64,000 nucleotides of DNA from Macrostomum lignano (GCA_002269645.1 NIVC01000280.1:558001-622000), one strand, 5' to 3'. Positions 1-14,635 are shown, numbered from the stretch's first letter. The notes: generated from the letters alone by a model not told the origin. Made by a program: numbers and translations.

Positions 1-165
1 CTCAGGTGCCACAATTTAGTCAAGTTTGTGTCATCTCAGGTGCCACAATTTAGTCAAGTTTGTGTCATCTAGGGTGCCACAATTTAGTCAAGTTTGTGTC
101 ATCTCAGGTGCCACAATTTAGTCAAGTTTGTGTCATCTCAGGTGCCACAATTTAGTCAAGTTTGC
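1..165. repeat. 34-bp intronic minisatellite (ctcaggtgccacaatttagtcaagtttgtgtcat), ~4.7 copies, cut by window edge
   Basis: Near-identical head-to-tail units with no spacers. Confidence 0.95.
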
Positions 166-225
166 GTCTTCACAGGTGCCCATATTGTCAGCTGATGGCC
201 TCTCATTTCCTCTCCTCCTCTCAAG

Positions 226-984
226 GCCACCACGTGGGTCAGCTGAACGCCACTGACCCGGACGAAGGCGAGAACGCCAGAGTTGTCTTCCGAATGTCGC
301 CATCTGCGTCAGCGCCATCCAGCCCGTTTCACGTCAGCACGCAGGGCCTCATCGTGCTGATCTCGCCGCTGGACCGGGAGCACACCTCTCGCTACGAGTT
401 CGCCGTCCTGGCGCAGGACTCCAGCCCGACAGTGCCCCGCACCTCCACCGCAACGGTCGTCATCGACGTCGAGGACGTCAACGACTGCGCGCCAAGGTTT
501 CTGTTTCCGTCGCCTGGTAACCGGACACTTCGAATATCGGGCAAAACTTCGGTAGCTACCATGGTTGTTAGGCTGGTTGCCAAGGACGCCGATTCGGGCG
601 CCAACGGCCGGGTGGCATATTTCATCCGACGCCCATTGGCCGGCCCGTTTCACGTGGACGTGGAGACCGGCGAGTTGACCCTGGTCCGGCCAGTGGCGGC
701 CGAGGACCTGGCGGCCGGCGGCCTGAACCTCACAGTGGTGGCGCGCGACTCCGGCAACCCGGCGCTGGAGACCGAGCAGACTCTCGCCGTGCTGTTCAGC
801 GCGAGCACAGCCGACCGCATCGGCGGAGCCGGCGGCCCTGGGGGAGGCGGCAGCGGCGGCCGAGTCTCAGAGTCATCATCAGACAGCTTGCTGGTTGTGG
901 CCGGGCTGGTGGCCGTCACCGCCGCCTTCGTTCTGGTGCTGCTGTTAGGCATCATCTTGCTGACCTGCCGGCAGCGCTGTGCTG
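226..984 (+). CDS. Protocadherin-like gene, internal exon: last two cadherin repeats plus transmembrane helix (gene starts upstream of window)
   Basis: Cadherin motifs ATDPDEGEN, LDRE, DVEDVNDCAPRF, AKDADSGANG and a hydrophobic TM (LLVVAGLVAVTAAFVLVLLLGIILL). Pyrimidine-rich acceptor ctcctctcaag|; donor G|gtgag at 985. Confidence 0.9.
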
Positions 985-989
985 GTGAG

Positions 990-1672
<683 letters not shown>

Positions 1673-2143
1673 CTGTGAAGTCCGCCACTTCGCAGTAAGC
1701 AGAAACTTTTTATTACGAGAGCCTGTTTCGAAAATTTGATCTCAATGATTAAGTGTTTATCAGTTGAGGGAAAATTTGCTTCTCTTGAGCATTCTTTGGG
1801 ATTTTAAAAGCAAGAAGAAAAACGACTTCCCATGATGTTCAGTTTTTCAGTCCCGCATTCCGGGTCCTGAGCTGCCCGCTCCCGTGAAAGTTGGAAATAT
1901 TTGCGTTTTGCCCACTGAGCCAAGAAGGACAGCGGGGATTTAATGAGATCGAATTCCCGACTAGGGATTAGAGCGCCGCTTCATATTTTCTTTTTCGTGC
2001 TAATCCCCATGCCTTCCACTGTGACTTCTGCTCTGCGCCCAGCAACTGCAATTGGGATTTTTGCGCGACCGGGGAAATCCCCTCCTGATGCAGTCAGAAT
2101 CGGGATCTGCCAAGATGGGGATCGGGGAGCCAGTGGGGCCTGA

Positions 2144-2337
<194 letters not shown>

Positions 2338-3112
2338 TGCCACAAAAGAAAGTTTTTCAGGTGAATTGAGTGAAGTCAGATGGGATAAAATTCGCGTACT
2401 TATAAACAGTTTATTTCATATTTTTCAATAAACTTTTGCCGAAATAAACACTTGCACTCAGATAATTGATTTCCCAAATTTTTCGATCGAAATAATCCCA
2501 ATTACTGAGGGATTTCCGGAGGCCAGCCTCCTCTCAGTCTGCAGCCCCGGCATCACGGGCGCCCCACCGAAACTCGAAACTCGAAACAGAATCATCGAAT
2601 AGCCGCAGAAATGAGAAACAAATGCCACCTTCGCCTGCCCCCAGTCTCTCACTTTCTCCATCTGTCAGTCATCCGCGCCTCTCTCTCTTAATATTTTTTT
2701 CTGCATCGCAGCCTCCACTGCCGGCATCAGCTTTCAGTTGCAGCGCTTGCCTTCTTCCCAGCCCCGAGCTCCCACCTTCATTCATTCAATTCTTTCGCTC
2801 TCCGCCCCCCCCTCCAAGGGGTCACCGAGGGAGCCTGCCAGCCACCGAATGTTCGGCCTTCACCCCGCCAGCACCGTTGGCTTTTTGACTTTGACTTTCC
2901 AGGGGGACCTTCGATGTCAGCTGTTATTGTCGGGTTCACGTCTATTGCCTCACTCCCATTGTCGCACTCAATTTTCAATCATTGTGGTCACTCTTATAAT
3001 ATTTTGAATTTGGGTTAAGGTTAATGCTTTAAGGGTTAGAGGTCTCACTAAGATTCACACTCATCGACGCACACAATTTCATGTTTATTTTCACTCTGTG
3101 TTTACATCTTAA

Positions 3113-3228
3113 TGTCACACCTGCCACACCCGCTGTCACATCCGCTGTCACACCCGCTGTCACACTCGCTGTCACACCCGCTGTCACACTCGCTGTCACA
3201 CCCGCTGTCACACTCGCTGTTGTCACAT
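3113..3228. repeat. 12-bp minisatellite (cacacccgctgt) just upstream of a splice acceptor
   Basis: Direct reading. Confidence 0.9.
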
Positions 3229-3257
3229 TCGCGCCATCCCACCTTCTCCCACCTCAG

Positions 3258-3478
3258 CGGTTCTCATGGCCGCCAGGGACCCGCGGCCGCAGCGCAGAGA
3301 GGCAGTCTCGGCCTCAGCTGGCGGTCAACAACGGCGCTCCGGTGGATCCGGGCGCGGGGTCAAGTTCGCGCCGGCATCCCGGATGTCTGGAGGCGGCGGC
3401 GGCTTCCTTAGCGACAGCCCGGTCGAGGAAGTGAAACCAATGGCATCCTGCATCTCATCCACTGTGCAGCAGTTCCGG
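3258..3478 (+). CDS. Protocadherin cytoplasmic exon
   Basis: Acceptor cccacctcag|cg (phase 1, matches previous donor); donor CGG|gttcgt (phase 0); open GC-rich frame. Confidence 0.75.
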
Positions 3479-3488
3479 GTTCGTTAGT

Positions 3489-4218
3489 GCTGATGCCTCA
3501 TCTCTGCTGTGACATTGTGAATGCTGATGCCTCATCTCTGCTGTGACATTGTGAATGCTGATGCCTCATCTCTGCTGTGACATTGTGAATGCTGATGCCT
3601 CATCTCTGCTGTGACATTGTGAATGCTGATGCCTCATCTCTGCTGTGACATTGTGAATGCTGATGCCTCATCTCTGCTGTGACATTGTGAATGCTGATGC
3701 CTCATCTCTGCTGTGACATTGTGAATGCTGATGCCTCATCTCTGCTGTGACATTGTGAATGCTGATGCCTCATCTCTGCTGTGACATTGTGAATGCTGAT
3801 GCCTCATCTCTGCTGTGACATTGTGAATGCTGATGCCTCATCTCTGCTGTGACATTGTGAATGCTGATGCCTCATCTCTGCTGTGACATTGTGAATGCTG
3901 ATGCCTCATCTCTGCTGTGACATTGTGAATGCTGATGCCTCATCTCTGCTGTGACATTGTGAATGCTGATGCCTCATCTCTGCTGTGACATTGTGAATGC
4001 TGATGCCTCATCTCTGCTGTGACATTGTGAATGCTGATGCCTCATCTCTGCTGTGACATTGTGAATGCTGATGCCTCATCTCTGCTGTGACATTGTGAAT
4101 GCTGATGCCTCATCTCTGCTGTGACATTGTGAATGCTGATGCCTCATCTCTGCTGTGACATTGTGAATGCTGATGCCTCATCTCTGCTGTGACATTGTGA
4201 ATGCTGATGCCTCATCTC
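3489..4218. repeat. 34-bp minisatellite (tgctgatgcctcatctctgctgtgacattgtgaa), ~21 apparently identical copies
   Basis: Direct reading; no spacers. Confidence 0.97.
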
Positions 4219-5171
4219 GCATGACTCACAATGGCAGGCAGGTCACGCGCTAAAATCATCCCACTGCTTCAGTTCTCCCCAGCCAACCTCCGGTGTCTTA
4301 ATTGCTGCCGCAGAAGTCCGCTTAGCAGGGGGCACAGTAATTGCCCATCCAAGTCATTTTAAAAAACCACCAAAGCGAAATTCCATCGTTCCCTCCTGTT
4401 CTGCGCTGCTTTTTTAAACTTGACATCATGGTCGAATTTTTTCTGAGAAAAAAATACCGAGACAAGGCCGCCCTCCTATCGAACTGCTGTTGGTCCAGCA
4501 AAGAGTTAATTTGGGAGCCTCCACCTTTACTTCTTTGCTGTTTGCTTCCTGGGTTTGCTTGCCTGGGAATTGCGCCTGTTCCGTCTGCTGCCCCTCCTGC
4601 CTTCCTCAGTGACTTAAGTGCTAAAGGGAGTAAAACTGCAGGGAGCTGGGGAGGGGCTGCCCAGACACGCGCGCAGTTCAAAAGCCATTGGCGCGGCCCT
4701 AATTACCCCCAACTATTCCGCGTCGCAGTCGGATGAGAGGCCGGCCCGTCCACCGACAATTTCCCCTTCCATATATTCGAGCGTCGTCTCTAAAAAAGCA
4801 GCACGAAGAATGGAGGAGAGAGAAGAGGGAATTAAGTGCGCCCGGGGGTCTTTCAGACTTGCCCTCCGCCACCCACCTACCATCCTGCAATATCAGCGGC
4901 GGAAAGATGCAGAAGAGATGCTTGGCCTTCAGATTGGCAACTTTGGGAGATGATTTCTTTGCAGCTGGAAAGCAAGCCAGTCTGAAACTGACTGAAGGCA
5001 GCCTTTTATTAAAGATAAACAAATCAATGGGAATGCATTTTTAGCCAAATTCTGTCATAAACTTTTGTTTTCCTTTCGCTTTCAAATTTTTGACAGCTAT
5101 TTGCGTTGACTTCTACTTTGAGTAATAGAATTTGCGCATTTCGTCTAAATTTGATTTTCAACAAAAAACAG

Positions 5172-5343
5172 GGTGGCGCCGCCCAGGGCTACATGTCCTA
5201 TCAGCAGGACGGCCTGGCACCGGCCGACCTGTCCAGCCTGCAGTCTCTGGAGGGCTCCAACGATGACAGCGGCAAGGGCACCGGGAGCCTGGCTGATCAG
5301 GGAGGCACCAGCGGCAGCGATCACGGACCTGCCGGATATCAGG
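5172..5343 (+). CDS. Protocadherin cytoplasmic exon containing DDSGKG motif
   Basis: Acceptor aacag|GGT (phase 0); donor G|gtgag (phase 1). DSGKG resembles the DSG(K/R/H)GDS motif of protocadherin tails. Confidence 0.8.
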
Positions 5344-5371
5344 GTGAGACTAGGTGCTTCACGGCTGCTGT

Positions 5372-5825
5372 TGAGAGTGAGACAGAGTGAGTGAGAGTGA
5401 GGCAGAGTGAGTGAGAGTGAGACAGAGTGGTTGAGAGTGAGGCACAGTGGGTGAGAGTGAGACAGAGTGGGTGAGAGTGAGACATGGTGGATGAGAGTGA
5501 GACAGAGTGAGTGAGAGTGAGACAGAGTGGGTGAGAGTGAGACAGAGTGAGTGAGAGTGAGGCAGAGTGGTTGAGAGTGAGGCACAGTGGGTGAGAGTGA
5601 GACAGAGTGGGTGAGAGTGAGACAGAGTGGGTGAGAGTGAGACAGAGTGGGTGAGAGTGAGACATGGTGGATGAGAGTGAGACAGAGTGAGTGAGAGTGA
5701 GACAGAGTGGGTGAGAGTGAGACAGAGTGGGTGAGAGTGAGACATGGTGGGTGAGAGTGAGACAGAGTGGGTGAGAGTGAGACATGGTGGATGAGAGTGA
5801 GACATAGTGGGAGAGAGTGGGAGAA
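5372..5825. repeat. 20-bp purine-rich minisatellite (gagagtgagacagagtgggt)
   Basis: Direct reading. Confidence 0.93.
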
Positions 5826-5977
5826 GATGGAACAAGCCCAGTTAGAATGATGTTAATAGCATTTTCAACGCTTTTAATCTTTATAAGGCGGTAAAATTCC
5901 AGTCACACTACTTACTGCAAGTTACTAAGTAGCAAGCCAATAAAAATGCAGAGCAATCCAATCACTTCTGGCTTCAG

Positions 5978-6318
5978 CCCTGGCGCTAACTCGAGCAACC
6001 GGGGCGCCGGGCCGGTGTCCCAGACACGGCGCAGCGGGGGGCGGCGGCGGCGGCGGAGGTCGCGGCAACGCCTACGAGCCGCTGCTTCAAGGCGCCTGCG
6101 GCTGCTGCGGCGCGCCGCGCCCCGTTCAGCAGCGGCTGTCCTCAGATCTCGCCTCGTCTGCGGCATCAGCTGGGGACGGCGGCGGCGGCCTGCACTATAC
6201 CACCATCCAGCACCTGCTGCTGCCACCGAGGAACTCCGCTGCGGCCGCCGATGCTGGCGAGGATGAGGAGGACAGCGAGGACCGGCTGGCCAGGGCGCTG
6301 GGGGCGAGCTACGTGTGA
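5978..6318 (+). CDS. Protocadherin last coding exon, ends ...RLARALGASYV*
   Basis: Acceptor tggcttcag|cc (phase 1 fits); open to TGA 6316-6318; S-x-V class I PDZ-type end. This frame is absent from the ORF track. Confidence 0.7.
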
Positions 6319-6379
6319 TGCGGCTGCGGAGAGGCTGGAACCCGCTCGCGTTTGTGCAGCCGGATCCAAGCTGGCCTCC

Positions 6380-6915
6380 ACTGCTCTCTCCCACTCTCTC
6401 CCACTCTCTTCCGCTCTCTCCCACTCTCTCCCACTCTCTCCCACTCTCTCCCACTCTCTTCCGCTCTTTTCCGCTCTCTCCCGCTCTCTCCCACTCTCTC
6501 CCACTCTCTCCCACTCTCTCCCCCACTCTCTCCCGCTCTCTGCCACTCTCTCCCACTCTCTCCCGCTCTCTTCCGCTCTCTTCCGCTCTCTCCCGCTCTC
6601 TCCCGCTCTCTCCCCCACTCTCTCCCGCTCTCTGCCACTCTCTCCCACTCTCTCCCGCTCTCTTCCGCTCTCTTCCGCTCTCTCCCGCTCTCTCCCGCTC
6701 TCTCCTACTCTCTTCCGCTCTCTCCCACTCTCTCCCACTCTCTCCCACTCTCTCCTGCTCTCTCCTGCTCTCTCCTGCTCTCTCCCGCTCTCTCCCACTC
6801 TCTTCCGCTCTCTCCCACTCTCTCCCACTCTCTCCCACTCTCTCCTGCTCTCTCCCACTCTCTCTCACTCTCTCCCACTCTCTCTCACTCTCTCCCGCTC
6901 TCTCCCACTCTCCCC
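6380..6915. repeat. 10-bp pyrimidine minisatellite (ctctcccact/ctctcccgct)
   Basis: Direct reading. Confidence 0.93.
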
Positions 6916-7465
6916 CATTCGCCTCACTCTTTCCTCTTCACCATCTGAATTTTTCGGCCAGCAGAACATTTTAATCCAATAAGTATAGTATCGAAGAAGT
7001 TCGAAAATTTATTATGGTGGGGATTAGCAGTCGAATTAGGCAGTCCTGCCCGGCAGACTAGTGACTGGCAGCTCCGCCAGCCGATTGCATAAAATTGCAG
7101 ACACTAATTAGCCAGCTGAAAATAAAGACAGACTGCGCAGATTTCAACATTCCACGTGAAATGTAATCAGAGTAGCTCTGTGAACCGCTGCAGTGCTTCA
7201 CTAACGAATTTTGTCACCCAGGCTTGCCCCTGACTTCAGCCTCCCTCAGTAAACCCTTTGCGTTATAAATTTGTTATGTGAATATTTTTCAATACTTTAA
7301 CTATCCGATGTTGCTATTCTTGATGCGAGAGAAAAATATTAAATTTAACAGTATTTTATTGTTTCGGAATTCGGATTGGCTTGTACAGACTAACTTTCTG
7401 ATATGAAATATACACCTCACCATCACTAACCCTGACTTGATGCGCTTACATGCCCTAGAGTCTTA

Positions 7466-7879
<414 letters not shown>

Positions 7880-8519
7880 CAAACTCAGCAGGCAATCAGC
7901 CTGAGCCACTCACTGAGCTTGAGTCGGTCTGCATGCGGAGTCATGAACGGGCGTAGCATCCGAGGCCGTCTCCCAGACCCCAACTACAATTAAGCGCAGC
8001 GCATGAAGGTCAAGCTAAGTTTTCAGCAAAGCTCGTCGCAGAGCAACTCCCTGACTACCGGGAGATAAAGAAATCCCAGTCCTATAGGGGCCAAAGTTTT
8101 TCGATTTTCCTTGCTCTGAAAGAAGAGGAAACGCTTTGTGAGGAAAAAAATTAACCTCGCACTTGAAGGGAGACAGAGAAGAGGGAGAAGGGGAGGTAAA
8201 GAGAGCCAGTGGCCTTTGGCAATCTTGAATAAATCCAGCTCAAACTCATTACCCATATTCTGAGCCCTAATACGCATTTTACTCCGGGAATAAGGATCTC
8301 TGAGACCTCTTGGCTAATCCTTCAGACCTTCGTTGCGGAATTTCTTGAGAAGCCAAATCGTCTTGTGCTGCTTAGCTGCTCTGAGATTGTTGAAATTCCG
8401 AACTGCAAACCTTAGCTGGCAAGTGCACTGGATTTGCGGAGCAGTTTTACTGTAGAAATCTCTGAACTCTAGCAAACATTTTTGAATCGAAAACTTCCCG
8501 GTCTGAATTGGGCGTGAGT

Positions 8520-8650
8520 GAGTTCAGGAGTTCATGAGTGAGTTCATGAATAAGTTTATTGAGTTCATGAATAAGTTTATTGAGTTCATGAATAAGTTTA
8601 TTGAGTTCATGAATAAGTTTATTGAGTTCATGAATAAGTTTGAGTTCATG
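8520..8650. repeat. 21-bp minisatellite (gagttcatgaataagtttatt)
   Basis: Direct reading. Confidence 0.9.
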
Positions 8651-8671
8651 AGTAACTCGACTGACAGTTTT

Positions 8672-10822
8672 ATGACTGACTGACTGACTGACTGACTGAC
8701 TGACTGACTGACTGACTGACTGACTGACTGACTGACTGACTGACTGACTGACTGACTGACTGACTGACTGACTGACTGACTGACTGACTGACTGACTGAC
8801 TGACTGACTGACTGACTGACTGACTGACTGACTGACTGACTGACTGACTGACTGACTGACTGACTGACTGACTGACTGACTGACTGACTGACTGACTGAC
8901 TGACTGACTGACTGACTGACTGACTGACTGACTGACTGACTGACTGACTGACTGACTGACTGACTGACTGACTGACTGACTGACTGACTGACTGACTGAC
9001 TGACTGACTGACTGCTGACTGACTGACTGACTGACTGACTGCTGACTGACTGACTGACTGAGTGAGTGGGTGACTGACTGACTGACTTGAGTGAGTGGGT
9101 GACTGAATGACTGACTGACTGACTGACTGACTGACTGACTGACTGACTGGCTGACTGACTGACTTGAGTGAGTGGGTGACTGACTGACTGACTTGAGTGA
9201 GTGGGTGACTGAATGACTGACTGACTGACTGACTGACTGACTGACTTGAGTGAGTGGGTGACTGACTGACTGACTTGAGTGAGTGGGTGACTGAATGACT
9301 GACTGACTGACTGACTGACTGACTGACTGACTGACTGGCTGACTGACTGACTTGAGTGAGTGGGTGACTGACTGACTGACTTGAGTGAGTGGGTGACTGA
9401 ATGACTGACTGACTGACTGACTGACTGACTGACTGACTGACTGACTGACTGACTGACTGACTGACTGACTGACTGACTGACTGACTGACTGACTGACTGA
9501 CTGACTGACTGACTGACTGGCTGACTTGAGTGAGTGGGTGACTGACTGACTGACTTGAGTGAGTGGGTGACTGAATGACTGACTGACTGACTGACTGACT
9601 GACTGACTGACTGACTGGCTGACTGACTGACTTGAGTGAGTGGGTGACTGACTGACTGACTTGAGTGAGTGGGTGACTGAATGACTGACTGACTGACTGA
9701 CTGACTGACTGACTGACTGACTGACTGACTGACTGACTGACTGACTGACTGACTGACTGACTGACTGACTGACTGACTGACTGACTGACTGACTGACTGA
9801 CTGACTGACTGACTGACTGACTGACTGACTGACTGACTGACTGACTGACTGACTGACTGACTGACTGACTGACTGACTGACTGACTGACTGACTGACTGA
9901 CTGACTGACTGACTGACTGACTGACTGACTGACTGACTGACTGACTGACTGACTGACTGACTGACTGACTGACTGACTGACTGACTGACTGACTGACTGA
10001 CTGACTGACTGACTGACTGACTGACTGACTGACTGACTGACTGACTGACTGACTGACTGACTGACTGACTGACTGACTGACTGACTGACTGACTGACTGA
10101 CTGGCTGACTTGAGTGAGTGGGTGACTGACTGACTGACTTGAGTGAGTGGGTGACTGAATGACTGACTGACTGACTGACTGACTGACTGACTGACTGACT
10201 GGCTGACTGACTGACTTGAGTGAGTGGGTGACTGACTGACTGACTTGAGTGAGTGGGTGACTGAATGACTGACTGACTGACTGACTGACTGACTGACTGA
10301 CTGACTGACTGACTGACTGACTGACTGACTGACTGACTGACTGACTGACTGACTGACTGACTGACTGACTGACTGACTGACTGACTGACTGACTGACTGA
10401 CTGACTGACTGGCTGACTGACTGACTGACTGACTGGCTGACTGACTGACTTGAGTGAGTGGGTGACTGACTGACTGACTTGAGTGAGTGGGTGACTGAAT
10501 GACTGACTGACTGACTGACTGACTGACTGACTGGCTGACTGACTGACTGACTGACTGACTGACTGACTGACTGACTGACTGACTGACTGACTGACTGACT
10601 GACTGACTGACTGACTGACTGACTGACTGACTGACTGACTGACTGACTGACTGACTGGCTGACTGACTGACTGACTGACTGACTGACTGACTGACTGACT
10701 GAGCTGACTGACTGACTGACTGACTGACTGACTGACTGACTGACTGACTGACTGACTGACTGACTGACTGACTGACTGGCTGACTGACTGACTGACTGAC
10801 TGGCTGACTGACTGACTGGCTG
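8672..10822. repeat. ~2.1-kb (GACT)n microsatellite with recurring TGAGTGAGTGGG cassettes
   Basis: Direct reading; source of the 812-aa and 723-aa SQSV pseudo-ORFs. Confidence 0.97.
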
Positions 10823-10967
10823 CTGCGCTGTGATTGGCCAAATTCTTGACCAGTAAAAGCTGGCTTGGATTTTACATTAGGGGGGATATTATTGTCCCGG
10901 GTTAGAAAGAATTTCCCAAATCGGTTCAACAATCCCCAGACTCCCAGATCCTCAGCTCCCAACCAGG

Positions 10968-11684
10968 ATGTCGGGCAACAGGCTGCGCATCCTGTGCGAA
11001 GGCTCCTCCATCAGAGGCGTCCAGAAGATCGCGAAGTCCAAGGCGCCGTTCAATCGGATCCTGTGGACTCTGTTCGTCATCGGCATGACCCTGGTGCTGC
11101 TGGTCACCTCCGGCTTTCTCGTCAGCGACTACCTGGCCTTCAACACCGGCTGGCACACCACCACAGCTTTTGACTACAAGCCGGCGTTTCCCTCCTTCAC
11201 CCTGTGCTCGCATCAGCCGTTCGGCGGCGCGGCCGAAGCCGCCTGGCGCAGCGGCGCGGTGCTGTCGCCCTCGCAGTTTCAGCGGCTGTTGAGAAACATC
11301 AGCGCCGCTGCCCTCACCGGCCGCCTCGCCGAGCAAATGGCTGGCCTGTTCGCCTACGACAATGTGAACACCTACTACCAGCAGCTCAACCACAGCGACA
11401 CGGTGGCCATCGGGCACAGAATGGACTCTCTGTTCCTCTGCATGGTCAGCGTGGACGGCATGCAGGTGCTGGCCGAGAACTGCCAGGCTGATGACGAGTT
11501 CGCCAAGATCAGCGTCAGGCTGTTTCAGCACAGCGAGTTCTTCAACTGCTTCACCGTGGACGCCAGCGCGGCCCGAGGCATCGAGTCGGTGGTGGTTGTC
11601 GTCTCGCTCACTCCGGCCAAGGAGCTGCCGTCGCTGAGGCACAGCTTTGTGTACGATGTGCTCAGCAGGGGCGAGGGCGTCAAG
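10968..11684 (+). CDS. DEG/ENaC (amiloride-sensitive-type) channel, exon 1 (568-aa product over 3 exons)
   Basis: N-terminal SSIRGV at the HG-motif position, TM1 (ILWTLFVIGMTLVLLV), FPSFTLC, FFNCFT; donor AAG|gtgag (phase 0). Confidence 0.9.
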
Positions 11685-11714
11685 GTGAGCTCGGGTGGGG
11701 AATCCTTGTTGCTA

Positions 11715-11950
11715 AGACGTTGTCAAGGGGATGTTGAAGCAAAGGTTGCTAGGGCGTTGTCAAGGGGATGTTGAAGCATAGGTTGCTAGGGCGTTGTCAA
11801 GGGGATGTTGAAGCATAGGTTTTGTCAAGGGGATGTTGAAGCATAGGTTGCTAGGGCGTTGTCAAGGAGATGTTGGTATTAGGTTATTAGGACGTTGTCA
11901 AGGCGGTTTTGGAATATAGGTTGCTAGGGAGTTGCCAATGTTGGAGCATA
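11715..11950. repeat. 37-bp decaying minisatellite (gttgctagggcgttgtcaaggggatgttgaagcatag)
   Basis: Direct reading. Confidence 0.85.
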
Positions 11951-12204
11951 GGTTTCTGGATATAATGGAAATCAATGTGAATCAGCAGTTCGATCAGACT
12001 CAGGGCGGCAACAGCTCAGAGAAGAGAAGCTCAGATTTAGTGACTTAATCCATTTACTCGATTTAATGTAATCGAATCTGCTAATCTGGGCGACTCTCCG
12101 GATATTGAATAAAGCATGACCTGAGAATAAAATGCCGCCGCGTCGACCATTTAATCTGGGAATCTGGGATCAGAACCTGCATACTGTGTTTTCTGGGCTC
12201 ACTG

Positions 12205-12700
12205 ACCGGTGTGAAGAGCTCCTGTCCATCCCTAACCGGTATGAAGAACCCCTGTTCATCTGTAACCGGTGTGAATAACCCCTGTTCATCTGTAACCGTT
12301 GTGATGAACCCGTGTTCATCTGTAACCGGTGTGCCCCCTTGTTCATCTGTAACAGGTGTGAATAACCCCTGTTCATCTGTAACAGGTGTGAAGAACCCCT
12401 GTTCATCTGTAACCGGTGTGAATAACCCCTGTTCATCTGTAACCGGTGTGAAGAACCCCTGTTCATCTGTAACCGGTATGAAGAACCCCTGTTCATCTGT
12501 AACCGGTGTGAATAACCCCTGTTCATCTGTAACCGGTGTGAATAACCCCTGCTAATCTGTGACCGGTGTGAAGAACCCCTGCTCATCTGTAACCGGTGTG
12601 ACCCCTTGTTCATCTGTAACCGGTGTGAAGAACCCCTGTTCATCTGTAACCGGTGTGAATAACCCCTGTTCATCTGTAACCGGTGTGAAAAAAACCCTGT
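12205..12700. repeat. 30-bp minisatellite (ccggtgtgaagaacccctgttcatctgtaa)
   Basis: Direct reading. Confidence 0.92.
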
Positions 12701-12719
12701 CCCTCGCCCGGCATCCCAG

Positions 12720-13138
12720 GTAGTCCTGCACGAGGCGGGCACGGCCCCGGACCTGGCCCAGAGCGGCTTCAACGCCGAGCCGGGCCGCCTGAACGAGGTG
12801 AACTACGGCACCACCGGTTGGCGGAAGCTGCGCACCCCGCGCCACAACTGCCGGGACGACCGGCCACCGGTGCGACACCTGGGCACTGACTACGCCGCAG
12901 ACTATCACCAGTGCGTCAACCAGCAGCTCCAGCGGCACATGCTGCAGCGCTGCGGCTGCTTGAACTCGCTGTGGCCGGTGCCGCTGGCTCCGAGCGAGAC
13001 CGGGCAAGCCGGGCCTTCGGCGCCCTACTGCATCGACTTGAAATGGCCGCGACTCACTGAGCGATTGGTCTGCGCGGAGAAGGTGCTCAGCCAGACTGAG
13101 CAGCTGAGGAAAAACTTCTCCGTTGATTGCCATCCTCG
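12720..13138 (+). CDS. DEG/ENaC exon 2 (Cys-rich thumb region)
   Basis: Acceptor catcccag|GTA (phase 0); VVLHEAGTAP..GFNAEPG, C..QC...C.C pattern; donor CG|gtgag (phase 2). Confidence 0.88.
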
Positions 13139-13173
13139 GTGAGTTCCTGTCAGTAATTGGCCGGATCAACTAG

Positions 13174-14635
13174 GTCAGTGTCTACTGGGTCAGCATCTAC
13201 TGGGTCAGCGTCTACTGGGTCAGTGTCTACTGGATCAGTGTCTACTGGGTCAGCGTCTACTGGGTCAGTGTCTACTGGGTCAGCGTCTACTGGATCAGTG
13301 TCTACTGGGTCAGCGTCTACTGGGTCAGTGTCTACTGGGTCAGCGTCTACTGAGTCAGTGTCTACTGAATCAAGATCTAGTGGGTCAGTGTCTACTGGGT
13401 CAGTGTCTACTGGGTCAGTGTCTACTGGGTCAGTGTCTACTGGGTCAGTGTCTACTGGGTCAGTGTCTACTGGGTCAGTGTCTACTGGGTCAGTGTCTTT
13501 TGGGTCAAGATCTAATGGGTCAGTGTCTACTGGGTCAGTGTCTTTTGGATCAAGATCTAATGGGTCAGTGTCTACTGGGTCAGTGTCTTTTGGATCAAGA
13601 TCTAATGGGTCAGTGTCTACTACGTCACGGTCTAATGGGTCAGTGTCTACTGGGTCTAGATCTAATGGGTCAGTGTCTATTGGGTCAAGATCTAATGGGC
13701 CAGTGTCTATTGGGTCAAGATCTAATGGGTCAGTGTCTACTGGGTCAGTGGCTGCTGGGTCAAGATCTAATGGGTCAGTGTCTACATGGCCAAGATCAAA
13801 TGGGTCAGTGTCTACAGGGTCAAGATCTAATGGGTCAGTGTCTACTGGGTCAAGATCTAATGGTTCAGTGTCTACTGGGTCAGTGTCTTTTGGGTCAGTG
13901 TCTACTGGGTCAGTGTCTGCTGGGTCAGTGTCTACTGGGTCAAGATCTAATGGTTCAGTGTCTACTGGGTCAGTGTCTTTTGGGTCAGTGTCTACTGGGT
14001 CAGTGTCTGCTGGATCAGTGTCTACAGGGTCAAGATATAATGGGTCAGTGTCTACTGGGTCAAGATCTAATGGATCAGTGTCTATTGGGTCAAGATCTAA
14101 TGGGTCAGTGTCTACTGGGTCAAGATCTAATGGGTCAGTGTCTACTGGGTCAAGATCTAATGGATCAGTGTCTACATGGTCAAGATCTAATGGGCCAGTG
14201 TCCATTGGGTCAAGATCTAATGGGTCAGTGTCTACTGGGTCAGTGGCTGCTGGGTCAAGATCTAATGGATCAGTGTCTACAGGGTCAAGATATAATGGGT
14301 CAGTGTCTACTGGGTCAAGATCTAATGGATCAGTGTCTATTGGGTCAAGATCTAATGGGTCAGTGTCTACCGGGTCAAGATCTAATGGGTCAGTGTCTAC
14401 TGGGTCAAGATCTAATGGTTCAGTGTCTACTGGGTCAGTGTCTTTTGGGTCAAGATCTAATGGTTCAGTGTCTACTGGGTCAGTGTCTGCTGGGTCAAGA
14501 TCTAATGGGTCAGTGACCACTGGGTCAGTGTCTGCTGGGTCAAGATCTGCTGGGTAAAGATCTGCTGCGTCAAGATCTAATGGGTCAAGATCTTACTAGG
14601 CCAAGATTGTTCTGGATCAGTGTCTGCTGGGTCAG
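13174..14635. repeat. 15-bp minisatellite (gggtcagtgtctact / gggtcaagatctaat) filling ENaC intron 2
   Basis: Direct reading; unit is a multiple of 3, giving long pseudo-ORFs on both strands. Confidence 0.95.

Noticed and set aside
162-225. cacag|gtgcc at 175 as the protocadherin acceptor
   Set aside because: It is a degenerate last copy of the 34-bp repeat; the acceptor at 225 has a far better pyrimidine tract and starts at the cadherin motif
8524-10962. 812-aa and 723-aa SQSV-repeat proteins
   Set aside because: Translations of (GACT)n; no complex domain
13150-14557. DTDP/STGS repeat ORFs resembling ice-binding or adhesive proteins
   Set aside because: 15-bp array open on both strands, inside an intron bounded by canonical sites; the intron starts with an in-frame TGA for the host gene
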